63,823 nucleotides of DNA. Source: Paraspadella gotoi. Taxonomy: Eukaryota; Animalia; Chaetognatha. Positions 51,441 through 63,823 of the stretch are shown piece after piece (the stretch's first letter is position 1; each line of letters begins with the position of its first letter). The notes beneath the pieces are model-generated. The model did not search any database. It saw only the letters and a program-made list of their open reading frames with translations, and was not told the origin of the DNA. Both the position numbers and the translations under genes were made by a program. Location: positions 23,322,590 through 23,386,412 of the forward strand of contig CM119266.1 of the NCBI GenBank assembly GCA_051294375.1, written 5' to 3'.

Positions 51441-53485
51441 AACGGGAGGCTCGATACCTATGTCTTTTACAGAATTTTTTTTTTGTCCGACTCTGACTTA
51501 TAATCTCTTAGCAGATATTTTAATAATTCTGAAGCTGATACACACCTGACGAATGTAGGAAAATAAGAGAAGATGGGAGACAATTACGTGATCCATCCCA
51601 GGGACCAAGCAAAAAGTGAGTTCTTACTTTGCATAATTGTAAGGCTTTTAATAATCTATTTCTTCAAAAAAAATTTGGTATAAAAGATTTAATAGCGAAA
51701 ACAAAAAATTAAATGCTTAGAAATACAATAACTAAAAGTTTATGTCTGAAGTGAATATAAATATTCATAGTTTTATTAAGGACAATTGACTGTCATTATT
51801 ATTCAAGACTAAAAAGTCAAAAGAATTAAAGAATAGGTTTTCATAGAGTAATTCGAATTGTAATTGATAAAATTCGGCTGATACCGCGAAATCGGCGGGT
51901 GGGTGGGATGTTGGCATGATCCAAGTAACCATATACAAGGCTAGGCCAAAATTCTGGAACACTTTTTATAAGCTTCTTAAGTTCTACGCTTCAACAAACA
52001 ATATTCCTCTTTTTCCTTCTATTACTATAAAATCGATTTCAATGCAAACTATTTTCGAATTAAGTTCTCATTGGCAGATTGTTGCAACGCTGCAAGCTTT
52101 TCAAATATTCTAATTAATATGATCAACAAATGACACAAATTTTTTTTAAAAAAGTTAGTTTTTTAAGAAAACGATCCTATAGAGCTTTGAAAAGTATAAA
52201 TGAAAAAGTTAGTACTGCTACCAAATTTTTTTTAAAATTTTGACAGAAAGTAATGGTTAAAGAAACAGAAAAAACGTTTAACAAAAAATCATCATCCATG
52301 CACTCATCATTGTCTGAATTTTCTAGTTTTTTTATAAAATTTATTTATCAATAAGACAACAAAAAATTTTTAAAATTCATGTCATTAAATAAACGGCCTT
52401 TAATCTAACTTTGTAAAGCTCTATGCAGAAATCCCAATTAAAAAAAATTGAAACATTCAAAAAAAATTTTTTAACGTATACTGATAGTAATAAATAAATC
52501 GTTTAAATGCTTCCGTGCGCCTTATTAAATAAGCCATAATTAATCTTTAAAATTAACTATTTTAATTTTGCATAATTCTTCACGCTGCTGATAAACACAG
52601 ATCACTTTCAGATCCATTATTTAGAATTGTGCAGGCAGAAGAACTGCATCACAGTAGTAAGTTTCGACACCTTGTTCAGAAGATTAGGCCAGTAAATAGA
52701 ACCATTGCCAAACGAGGAACGCAAACAGGAAGAGAGAGGCGTAATACGGAGTCACGGACCGGAGGAGCTACATGAGGCCAGTAGGCGTTAACTGGAGCAT
52801 ACTCTTTCAAAGAGTAATGAACATTGGTGTACGAGATAGGCCGGACCGGAGGAAAGCGAGTAGGCATCAGAGATCTCAGGGGCGTTCAAACCATCTATGG
52901 GAGGAGCCCCTATCATTCAGAAATATACATCACGATTGAGTGGGGCAGGGGGGGGGGGGCGACGTCTGACTCTTCCCAGGATCCGGGAGGAAAGCCCCGG
53001 AAGCAGGTAGCTCGTATTAATCGTGAGAGGTTATGGCAGATAAGAAAAGGGCGTCTGGTTCGCTGAGGAGAAAAAGAGGAAAGTGAAAAACAGTGCACGT
53101 CCTAAGTTTTTTTTTTCCTTGTTTCCAGGGAACCTCGTTGTTGTTAAAAATAAAGTCAAACGGATGTTAAACTTAATGTAGAATAATTATAATTATTTAC
53201 AACGGATATATTCGTATATTTGGGCAAAGGAGAGATTACTTACACTTGGTTCAATATTCATTGTGACTTTAAATAAAAAAAAAGTTTAGCCACGAAGCTC
53301 GTTCGACAAAACCCAACAACAACAAACAACATTCGACCAACAAATTGTTGTACGAAACAACAAAAACGAAGGGAAAAAAACGTTTCTCGTCTTTCAACCT
53401 GAAGTCGTCGAGACGAAGAAAAATGTTTCTCGGATCCCATTCTGATTTTTATTCAACCCACTTTTTTTAGAGAGAGAGGAGAGAG

Positions 53486-53546
<61 letters not shown>

Positions 53547-54670
53547 TTATTTTCTTTCACAAAAGTGCTAGCGGGAAAAGCAAGGAGAGATTCGCAATCG
53601 CGGAGGAAATCAACGCAACAAGAAATAGGAATCGAGAAAATTTTTTTGTAAAACGAAAAATTCTGGGAAAAAAAGAAAGAGAGAAAAAGAAACAGAAAGA
53701 TGAAAGATAAGTGAGTGAACCAAGTGAGAAGGAAGATTTTTGCAATTTACAAAGCAAGCAATCATGTGCTTACCGTAATAAAATCATCAATTATCAACGT
53801 AAATTTATGTAACAGAACAAAATTTAATGGAATCGAATGGCAACCGTTTTCTTAAAAATTAAGGTAAACTTTTCTTTTCATTTTTCCCTTATCTTCCAAG
53901 TTCCAACTTCCCCTTATCTTCTTCTTTCTCTTCAGTTTTGGCGCCATCTCATGTTCTTAATTCCCGACGCCGTCCCCGTCGCGAAACGGCGCCAAAACAC
54001 CGGCGATGGAGACTGACGCGGCCAAACAGATGGCGCGAATCGTTGTCGTCGTCTTCGTCGCAGATGTTCTCGTGGAGACGAACGGATTTTATGAAAAGTG
54101 AAACGAGGGGGAGCGACGACGACGAAGACGACGACGACGATTAAGAAGTCAGTGACGCCGGTTGACGATTCAGCGAAAAATTCCCCCTCGACGGCGCCGA
54201 CGATTCCATCCACTTCACGAAGGGCGAATCTGATGACGCGGCGCCAAAAGACGTTTACGGAGCCAACCGATTTAAAACTTTTTCACGGTCACCTGACGGC
54301 GAGGAAAATCTCCGTGATTTTTGGGCAATTACTACACTTTTTTTGGATCCTCTTTTTAGTTTTTTTCTTTTTCCCGGATGAAAATTGACGAAACTCGCGA
54401 CAAAATCGCAACCAACGATTAAATATTCAGCAACTTTTACTGCAAGAATCACCCCAGCCAGAGCATCAAACCTAACCCCATTCCCATCCCCTTCCCGTTC
54501 CCCATCCCCATTCCCATCCCCATCCCAATCACCATCCCGTTCCCCATCCCCAGATGTCGTCCAACCTCATTCCTTTTCCTTTGATTGGTTTCACAACTTT
54601 CCGTGTTTTCATCAAACAACGAGGCGAGAAAAATATCGTAAAACTAAATCTTCTCGCGTGGCCTCCGGTT

Positions 54671-54732
54671 CGCCCGCCATTCCGCCCGCCTTTCCGCCCG
54701 CCTTTCCGCCCGCCTTTCCGCCCGCTTTTCCG
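54671..54732. repeat. 12-bp tandem repeat CCGCCCGCCTTT, about 5 copies
   Basis: Direct reading of the sequence. Confidence 0.9.
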
Positions 54733-56487
54733 ACAGCGTTCCTGGGCGAGTGGTGTCGGTTTCTTTTTCCCGAACGAGTTTTTAATTGTATCAATAAAAT
54801 TAAATATTTTAATTAATGACTGAATCTTTGCGTAATATTTTCTTTATCAGCCGAATAGGACAAGAAAAACGGACAGATAAGTGAAAAGANNNNNNNNNNN
54901 NNNNNNNNNNNNNNNNNNNNNNNNNNNNNNNNNNNNNNNNNNNNNNNNNNNNNNNNNNNNNNNNNNNNNNNNNNNNNNNNNNNNNNNNNNNNNNNNNNNN
55001 NNNNNNNNNNNNNNNNNNNNNNNNNNNNNNNNNNNNNNNNNNNNNNNNNNNNNNNNNNNNNNNNNNNNNNNAGAGAGAGAGAGACGTGGGGGTGCGAACG
55101 TTGGCGCGTCTGCGATTAATAAACCCGGAAGTAAACAGAAGGCGAGAAGACGAAAACAAACCCTTAATTCGGCGTCGATGTTTTCCTCTGATGGAAACTG
55201 GGGATGAAATTAGAAGTGGCAAACGGAGGAGGGAAGTGGGTGGCAAGTAGAGGTGGCATAGAGATGACAAGCAGTAAAGAGAAGGGGGATGCAAGTTGGG
55301 GTGTCGTCAAATGTGCAAAGGAGAGAGACGTAAAGTACGTAATAGTGACGAATAAAAAGGTAAGGTTATTTCGTAAATTTCTCTCTTCGAGACTAAAATT
55401 TTAATGGATAGATCGAAGAGTAAAAGGTTAGTCGTGAGTAAACAAAAAAAAATTATTAGAAAGAGCGTAGAAGAAAAGTACAGAGTTCAAAATTTAGTTT
55501 AAATAGGACATTTTATGAAATGGAGGGAAAAGGTTAAGGACGAAGGTAAGCAAGTATCCAAGAAAATGGTAAGTCGAAAAACGCCCTCGCGAAGGTAAGG
55601 CGCAAGTAAGCAGGTATGTCTGAAGGCCCGAGAGATAATGAAAGAAGAAAAAAGGCGGGAGCCTCTTCTCTTAATTCGTGGCTCCAGATGGCGGCGAAAT
55701 TCTCATTTCTTATCGACTTAATCAAGAATTCCATCTTTCTTTCATCTTCTTTCTTTGTCCTTTCTTCCTTTCTTTACTCTCTCTCTCTCTCTCTCTCTCN
55801 NNNNNNNNNNNNNNNNNNNNNNNNNNNNNNNNNNNNNNNNNNNNNNNNNNNNNNNNNNNNNNNNNNNNNNNNNNNNNNNNNNNNNNNNNNNNNNNNNNNN
55901 NNNNNNNNNNNNNNNNNNNNNNNNNNNNNNNNNNNNNNNNNNNNNNNNNNNNNNNNNNNNNNNNNNNNNNNNNNNNNNNNNNNNNNNNNNNNNNNNNNNN
56001 NNNNNNNNNNNNNNNNNNNNNNNNNNNNNNNNNNNNNNNNNNNNNNNNNNNNNNNNNNNNNNNNNNTCTGCTATGACAAATAAGAAGCGGGAAAAGCCTT
56101 TGTTATAAAACTAATGAAAATTGTATCAATTTTGCTATGAATTTTTTTCTCTCATCTTTTTTTAAAAATCAAAGCTAAAATTTCTAGTTTCTCAAAGGAA
56201 GATTAACTTTAACTCTACACATATTCACAGTCATGATAAAAGTATATTCTGTACAATTCAATACTTTGCCATTCGCTTCTATTTGTCGTTGTTGTTGTTC
56301 TTCTTTTTACAAAGCAAAAAGAAACGAAACGTCTTCTTCTTTAAAAAGAAAAATCTGCTGAGCATCGAGGTTTTCATTCAACGAAGCAGAGAAAATGAAG
56401 ACTTGCAAAACATCGTCCTTTCTTCAATTCTTTCTTTTCCTTTTTTGGGTTCTCTCTTTCTTCTCTTTCTTTTTTTCTTTCTCTTTT

Positions 56488-56579
<92 letters not shown>

Positions 56580-59500
56580 TATTTTGTATATCATTGCATT
56601 TCAATTATTTTTAAACCCGAAAAATAGAGTATAGTATTACTACTATATAACAAATACCATTTTCTCCATCCCCAACTCCTCACATCCATCCGTGCAGAAT
56701 TTACTCTCGATCCTATATTTTTTCCTTCGCGCCTTTTGTCAAACCACAACAAATAAACAGTAAACAAACAATGAGATGAGCTTCAACTCGCAAACCAATT
56801 TCTTTTTTCTCCTTGAAAAAGAGAAGAGAAAAAAAAAAAGAAAACGAAAAAAAACCCGAAGCCAGGGGGAAAAAGAAGAAAGGAAAAAAAAAAGAATGTT
56901 TTGTGTTTTCTCTGACATTCGGAGAAGTCGTTTCGTCTCCTTTTATTTTCTCCCTTTCATTCCTTTCCTCCTTTTTCCTCCCTTCAACGTCCTCTTCTTT
57001 TCTTCTCGAACTAGTTTCTATTTATAATGTTTCTCTCTTTNNNNNNNNNNNNNNNNNNNNNNNNNNNNNNNNNNNNNNNNNNNNNNNNNNNNNNNNNNNN
57101 NNNNNNNNNNNNNNNNNNNNNNNNNNNNNNNNNAAAGAAAGAAAGAAAGAAAGAAAGAGAGAAAGAAAGAAGGCAAGCAAGAAAAAAAAACAATCTAAAA
57201 AAAGAAAGGAATGAAGTAAAAATAAGAAAGAAAGGAAATCTCACCTGCAAATCACCTCACCTCACCGAAGTGAGGCGATTCCCCCGACGCCCAACAGAAA
57301 AGGATGAGACTTTTTCCTGATTTTCGCTTCGTTGTTCATTTCTTTAGAATTCCCAATGTTTACGGTCTCTCGCTGGAGAGTGCCGTGTTCAAACTAATGA
57401 GATTTTGTTATAGGTATAATAAGTTCTTAGTTGAGTGTTAATGTATTTTCTAAAAGAAACAGTCAATTCGGTACAGTTAAATGATGTTAAGTTAAACATA
57501 TCCAGGTAATATAATCAATAATCATTGACCAAATGGCAATTTAAAAAATCAATTAAGGCACATAGTGAGAAAGANNNNNNNNNNNNNNNNNNNNNNNNNN
57601 NNNNNNNNNNNNNNNNNNNNNNNNNNNNNNNNNNNNNNNNNNNNNNNNNNNNNNNNNNNNNNNNNNNNNNNNNNNNNNNNNNNNNNNNNNNNNNNNNNNN
57701 NNNNNNNNNNNNNNNNNNNNNNNNNNNNNNNNNNNNNNNNNNNNNNNNNNNNNNNNNNNNNNNGAGAGAGAGAGACTCGTCATCCTTGACCTCATCTTCG
57801 CGCCTCGACCACTGATGGTCTTTGCCGTCGTCGTCTTCGCTGCCATCAAGCAATTAGATCNNNNNNNNNNNNNNNNNNNNNNNNNNNNNNNNNNNNNNNN
57901 NNNNNNNNNNNNNNNNNNNNNNNNNNNNNNNNNNNNNNNNNNNNNNNNNNNNNNNNNNNNNNNNNNNNNNNNNNNNNNNNNNNNNNNNNNNNNNNNNNNN
58001 NNNNNNNNNNNNNNNNNNNNNNNNNNNNNNNNNNNNNNNNNNNNNNNNNNNNNNNNNNNNNNNNNNNNNNNNNNNNNNNNNNNNNNNNNNNNNNNNNNNN
58101 NNNNNNNNNNNNNNNNNNNNNAGAGAGCGAGAGAGAGAGAGAGATGATAAGGCGGGTAAGGAAGAGGGCGAAAATCGGGTGAGACCGTGGGTGTCGTAAT
58201 CGCTTCGAGTTCAAGTCTGCGGGTCTTCGTCGCTTCTTTGCTTTTCTTTCTCTTTCATTCTTTGCTTTTTGGATTTTTTGCTTTTTAGCTTCTTTGCTTT
58301 TTAGCCTCTTTGCTCTCTGACTTTTGCTATCAGGACGTCTAAAGGTTATTCGTAATCACTTCCTAGGATTTACATATATAATACGCGAAGTAAAAAGGGT
58401 TCAGAGATGGTAAAATTTGATTATCCATCAATGATTAGGGGTGAGCCACTGTTCAACAACCTTTAATCGTTGAAAATTGAAAAAAAATCATCGTTTTTAA
58501 CTAATATTTATATTTAAATGTCAGACTAATTTTTCAGGAATAGAATAAGTGATGTCTTTCCACTCACAACGCTCACTCCTCCTGCGCCCAACATCCTCTC
58601 CACCCTCCCTTCAACTCGNNNNNNNNNNNNNNNNNNNNNNNNNNNNNNNNNNNNNNNNNNNNNNNNNNNNNNNNNNNNNNNNNNNNNNNNNNNNNNNNNN
58701 NNNNNNNNNNNNNNNNNNNNNNNNNNNNNNNNNNNNNNNNNNNNNNNNNNNNNNNNNNNNNNNNNNNNNNNNNNNNNNNNNNNNNNNNNNNNNNNNNNNN
58801 NNNNNNNNNNNNNNNNNNNNNNNNNNNNNNNNNNNNNNNNNNNNNNNNNNNNNNNNNNNNNNNNNNNNNNNNNNNNNNNNNNNNNNNNNNNNNNNNNNNA
58901 GGGGAGGAGAGAGGAGAAAGAAAAAGAGAAAAGATGATCGACGGCGGCGGGAGGATTGAAAGAAGAGGAAGAGCAGATGGAAGAGAGCGAAGAGAAGGAC
59001 CACTCACGAATCACGAGGATGTGATGTATCGCCTCTGAGAATAATTGTGAGTCGAGAACCTGATAATTGATTTCGTTAGACGTCGCGGGATAAATTTAAA
59101 GGAAAAGGAATGAATCAGAGACAATTTTTTTAAAATTTTTATTGTTTAATTTCAAAGATAAGTCGGTTAAACAGGGGATTTCAGAATTACCAAGGGGCCA
59201 AGGGGGATATTACTTCAGACCCTCAGTGGACGCATCGGGCTGAAGGTAAGTTTATCCCAGCACGCCCACGCTTTGACATTGACTTACCGAATTCGTAACT
59301 CAGTGCGCGCTCTTGGGATGACGCATTTGGCGACGACGGAACATTAGACTGGAACAATCTAACTGTTATTAAGCTTAAGGCGGTTTCGCTACAAAATCAT
59401 CCATTTTAAATGAAGTAAAACCAATCTGAAGAAATCGTACTAATAATACATTTTTATTCTTTATCGATATTCAATTTCAAATAACATTTTTAACAAATTT

Positions 59501-60221
59501 CCCCGTCGTTTGGTTTCTTCGGTGACGGAGGAATTTCGAGCGATCGATCAAAAAATCTTTTTCGACGCCGAGCATATATTTTTTCTCGTAGCCTCTGACT
59601 TTGATGAAATCCTCTTGGGTCGTCGGCCCGCGGACCGCCCGACCGACGTACATACCCGACCGACCGACCGTTGGACCACCGGTGAGAGACTTTTTTGTTA
59701 AAAAAAATAAGTTTAACAAAAAAAAAGCGATGAATGACGACGACGATTTTTTATTGTGTTTTTATCTTGGGGGGAAAAAGTTGGTAATTTTATTAGGATT
59801 GATCTGATTCGATTAGCTGGTTATTGAAACAAGGATTTTGCGGCGATAATGATCTAATCGCATCCAGCTAAGAATGAAGACAGTTGACAAACTAAGAAAT
59901 ATTCGACGTAGTCATTGTTCTTCTCTATCAATATTCCTCTCTTTTTCCTTTTCTGTCATATTTCTATTCTTTCTCGCCCTTTTTATACCTCGCCCATTAT
60001 TCTGCACGAGTTTTTTTTCTCGCCTCTTATCCCCTTTCTATCCCCGTTCTATTCCTTTTCTATCCCCTTTCTATTCCCTTTCTGTCACCCCCCACACCCT
60101 CTTCGCCCTTCGAATCTCGACTCTAGGATTTATGTTCGGCTAATTTTAGTCTTTCGCTTCGTCGATCGCGAGGATGAAGGATACATTAGTCCGTATTTGT
60201 AGTCGAAAATCCCCGACGTTT

Positions 60222-60304
<83 letters not shown>

Positions 60305-61921
60305 CTCTCTTCTTTCCTTCTAACCTTCCTCCTTCCTTCTTCCTTTTTTTTTAACTTTTCATCTTTCCCTCATTCATTCTCATAATTCCTTTTTTTTTCT
60401 TCTCCCTTGCGGATTTTTTCACTTCCCCTTTGTCACCTTTCGCCCTTTGATCCTTTCTTCCCTTTTTCCGTCAGTTATCTCTTTCTTTTCTTTCATTTTT
60501 CATACTTTATTACGATTAATTACTTTAGTCCTTTTTTGTTTCTTTTTGAAACAACTTTAAAAAAAAACAGATCTTAATAGTCAAAAGAATACAAAGCTAT
60601 TCTATATCTTCAGTATAAGTTACATCAATTTTACAGCGAGATTTGTTTAAAACAAACATTATTTTTAAAAGTCTTAATCGAGAAATTGCTTTCGCCCATA
60701 ACCTTTCCCGCCATTTTTTTCCCAGCCTTTCTCCTTCCCTTTTCCTCACCTTTTGCTCCCTCTAATCCTTCCTCCCTCACCTAATCTCGGGCGCAGCCTC
60801 GAAGCTTCGAAGCGGATTGTCGTCCTCCTGCCGCGGCTGTCGCTACAGACTCTGCCGCCTCCTCCGCTTCCGACGCCGCCGCTGCAGACGCCGCCGACTT
60901 GCATGAAAAATCCATCATGACCAGGAGTCACCGAAGGGAAGGGAGGAAACGATGAAAGGGAAAACGAGGAGGGGCGTCGGTGAAGATTTCGGGGAGGCGT
61001 GGTACTTCGCGAGGAAGAGAAATCGATGCGTTTACGTTTAAAAAGTCGGTTGTCGAAAAATACCTCAGGGGAAATAGTATGCAAATATTAAATGACTTCT
61101 GCTCTCGAATGATCTCAGTGTGGGATTCAAAGATATCAACTGACCAGGAGTCCTGATCTGACCGATAGCATCGGGGGGACGAACACATTATTCTAACCCA
61201 TTTTTAAGTTAGTATTATACGAACTATTCATTAAACTTATAAAACGGAGCTTGGAGTCAAAGCTTTGAAATGTTAGAGGAGGAGAAATTAACAAGGACTA
61301 TGAACCAGTTCAAGGGAAACCTATACAGTTGACACGCGCGTATGTTCTTTTTCTGTATTCTTAGGCGCATTTAAAATTGGGGCCTCGTAATATTTAATGA
61401 TCTGAAAACACGTACCTTTTAATTTTGAGCCCATTAAACTCTTTAATTTCATAGTCGCATAATTTCCAGCCTTAACTTTTGATGAGGGAAGCCATCTGCA
61501 ACTAATGATCATAATGATCATAACCATCAACTAATGAAATCATTTCACGAAATTTTTCGTTTTAATGTTTTAATTCGTTGTTAAACTTAGAAAATACGTA
61601 ATTTATTCATACTTTTTTTTAGTTATTTTTACTTCCCCGAAATAAAATCTTGTTTATAGAAAATTTATAAGAAAGTTTTAATACGTACATACAAAATCTC
61701 TAAATCTCCTTTGGATGATTCTGAAACTCCAGATCCGGCAATGGCGCCTCCTAGTTTGGCGGGTAGACAAGTCGAGCTCGACCCGAGGGCCAAAGTCCAA
61801 AGTGGACCGAGTCTCACCTCACGATTCGTCGTCGATGGCGTCGACTCGTCACGTGACTCGATTCTCCGTCGCCAAAATCCAACGTTTTTCCATTTATCGT
61901 CTCATTAAACCCGGCACCGCC

Positions 61922-62028
<107 letters not shown>

Positions 62029-62263
62029 CTCTTTTAAAGACAAGAAAAATAATATTGGTTGTACCAATTTCATAAAGAGAAAAAGAAAAAAAGTAAAAAT
62101 TTAAAAGAAATTAGAAAGAAATATTTGAAAAATAGGAAAATTAATTAATCAATTAATTCATTTTTTAATTAAAAGATAATTAAAGGCTAAATATTCATAA
62201 TACTATTTAAATATAAGATAATAATTCAATAGTTACGTTTCTTTTTTAATTTTTTATTGATAA

Positions 62264-62320
<57 letters not shown>

Positions 62321-62547
62321 TAATTTAGGTTATATCATATGCTGAAAATGATTTTAGTGTTTCTTCACTTGTCACATAACTATGAATTGAGTCATCACGC
62401 GAGAGACGTTTTCGGATGACGTTGGATGAGACGCGACCGAAGAAGAAAAAAAGTAAAACGACGGGAGACTTTTTTCTCCTCTTCGCCGGATTAATAATTA
62501 GACCAAACACATTGTCCACTTTAAAACACAGTAACTTAACAGTATTG

Positions 62548-62691
62548 TCAGGATTCTTTGAACGAGTTTTCGACAATTCTTGAAAATATAAGACTGGACT
62601 CGTGGTTCCCCATTTTCACGGAGGCTCTTAAAATGTCACCGTCGACGACGAATTCCACTCTGGTGTCACGAAGGTTGTTTTCTGGATCCGC
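62548..62691 (-). CDS. FABP-like gene, terminal exon
   Basis: Acceptor ...atcttcaAG at 62692. ADPENNLRDTRVEFVVDGDILRASVKMGNHESSLIFSRIVENSFKES*, TGA at 62550-62548. Resembles the last three beta-strands of FABPs. Minus-strand AATAAA at 62258-62253. Confidence 0.8.
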   Translation of the reverse strand, partial: ADPENNLRDTRVEFVVDGDILRASVKMGNHESSLIFSRIVENSFKES

Positions 62692-62950
62692 CTTGAAGAT
62701 TTGTTAAAAGGAAAGGCTTTTTCGGTCATCTCTTTTTTTTAGTTTTTTTTTTTTTTAATTTTCTTATTTTTTTTTAGTTTAGTTTATTTAGGTTTTTTGT
62801 ATTTTTACTTTTTTTAAATTTTAAATTTTTAAAAAAAATTTTTAATTTTTTTTTTTAGTTTTTAGCTTTTTAGTTTTGTTAATTTTGTATTTTTTTTTTT
62901 TTTTAATTTTTGTTAGTTTTTATATTTTTTAGCTTTGCTTTAGTTTTCAC

Positions 62951-63052
62951 CATTCGAAAAACCATCTTGTTGCCCTCAAAAGTTGTAGTCGTGCGAACGA
63001 CTCGATTTGCCAACGTCTTTTGCACATGTTCCTCTCCCAACCGGAAATAGTC
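62951..63052 (-). CDS. FABP-like gene, middle exon
   Basis: Acceptor ...ttcactAG at 63053. DYFRLGEEHVQKTLANRVVRTTTTFEGNKMVFRM matches the FABP pattern FKLGEEFxExTADxRxVKSxVTLDGxKLV without gaps. Donor ATG|GTGAAA at 62950. 102 nt, phase 0-0. Confidence 0.85.
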
Positions 63053-63166
63053 CTAGTGAAAGATAGAAGAAAAAAAAATCGCCACCCAGCAGCCCCACTA
63101 ATTAAAAAAAAAAATTCTTTCCAAGTGGCCACTCCACTCGCACGGCATCCTTTTTCTCTCTCTCAC

Positions 63167-63493
63167 CGTCTGACGCCCGAGGGTGCAACAGTTCTCAATC
63201 ATCCAGACGTGGTCATTCTCTTCGATGGTCATGATGTCATCCAAGACGATGGGGTTTTTATTTTGCAACAATCGCAAATGCTCTTCGAAGCCCTTCTGGT
63301 GCACCAACTGCCAGATTCCCTTGACTCCGGAGACGATTGGCTGCGTGGAAGGGAAGCCGATGAAGGGCGATGGCGTCGCAGCTTCGACGCCGGCGCAGGA
63401 TCCCAACCCGAGAAGATCTGTCTTCGTCGGGGATTGAACGGAACGCCCGAGTTCCGTGTGGATGGAGCCCGAGGAATAGGAGCCAGCGTTGAG
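63167..63493 (-). CDS. FABP-like (intracellular lipid-binding protein fold) gene, exon with the GxW motif
   Basis: Acceptor ...cacaacAG at 63494, with an upstream CTAAC branch-like motif. 109 codons ending ...VKGIWQLVHQKGFEEHLRLL...IMTIEENDHVWMIENCCTLGRQT, aligning to the FABP N-terminus pattern GxWxLxxxxxF(D/E)Ex(L/M)xxL. Donor ACG|GTGAGA at 63166. Confidence 0.8.
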
Positions 63494-63581
63494 CTGTTGT
63501 GACGGGAATTCTCAGGTTTAGTGTTAGTGTTTAGTGTTTTAAGTTGAATTGGTTGTGAGAAGAATTTTTGCGGACTCGAGC

Positions 63582-63669
63582 ATGATTTTATATCCAATTT
63601 TATGATTTGATATCCAATTTTATGATTTGATATCCAATTTTATGATTTTATATCCAATTTTATGATTTT
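63582..63669. repeat. 20-bp tandem repeat ATGATTT(T/G)ATATCCAATTTT, about 4.4 copies, in an intron of the FABP-like gene
   Basis: Direct reading of the sequence. Confidence 0.95.
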
Positions 63670-63731
63670 TTTTTTAGAAAAAAACATATTTTTTCTTTTT
63701 CCATAAATTTTTTTTTCTATTGTGCACGTAC

Positions 63732-63823
63732 CACGTCGCTCGGTTTCCAATCGTCCATGGTTCGATGTTCCGACTCTGACCAATTCCGGATGTCAGAACA
63801 CAGGTCCGACCGTTCCGCGAGGT
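63732..63823 (-). CDS. FABP-like gene, most 5' visible exon (partial; possible start ATG at 63758)
   Basis: Frame is open from the window edge: ...LAERSDLCSDIRNWSESEHRTMDDWKPSDV|GTACGT, donor at 63731 (phase 0). ATG 63758 lies in an ACCATGG context. Confidence 0.5.

Noticed and set aside
52676-52867. 63-aa minus-strand ORF with repeated PPVR
   Set aside because: No recognisable family and no convincing splice context; probably a repeat fragment.
53294-53303. GAAGCTCGTT matches the 5' end of Hox-cluster miR-993
   Set aside because: The similarity stops after 10 nt and there is no complementary hairpin arm. I also found no miR-10 match (ACCCTGTAGA on either strand) by eye.

Overview
Eukaryotic (bilaterian animal, probably invertebrate) genomic DNA. 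It is AT-rich, saturated with (GA/CT)n microsatellites, CpG is not depleted, and there are many N gaps. Two spliced protein-coding genes can be reconstructed, both on the minus strand. (1) A central-class Hox gene of Hox5/Scr type. Exon 22595-22118 starts MSSYFVNSL and carries a net 1-nt frameshift with an in-frame TAA, probably a sequencing error. After a 248-bp GT-AG intron, exon 21869-21026 ends in QIYPWMRKVHMSH and a phase-1 GTGAGT donor. The homeobox exon is not visible, so the next intron runs over 21 kb off the left edge, or the exon lies in a gap. (2) About 40 kb upstream, a 4-exon divergent FABP/iLBP-fold gene (63823-62548) that the ORF track splits up. It has an N-terminal extension and lacks the canonical Arg/Arg/Tyr carboxylate-binding residues. 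No other homeobox gene is seen between the two. Two multi-kb inverted duplications (4.4-7.5 kb vs 9.1-17.2 kb; 34.9-38.4 kb vs 38.4-41.6 kb) abut 25-N gaps and end in GA microsatellites, and most likely reflect long-read gap-filling errors. One of them carries a 5-kb CAGT...ACTG element with about 1.3-kb TIRs at a TA site that is empty in the other copy. The non-coding region holds several dense motif clusters that are candidate Hox cis-regulatory modules: five TCGTAAA Cdx/posterior-Hox sites in 64 bp, a symmetric CCAAT/E-box/E-box/CCAAT module and a KLF-ETS-E-box-GC-box module. All calls come from manual reading; no database searches were run.
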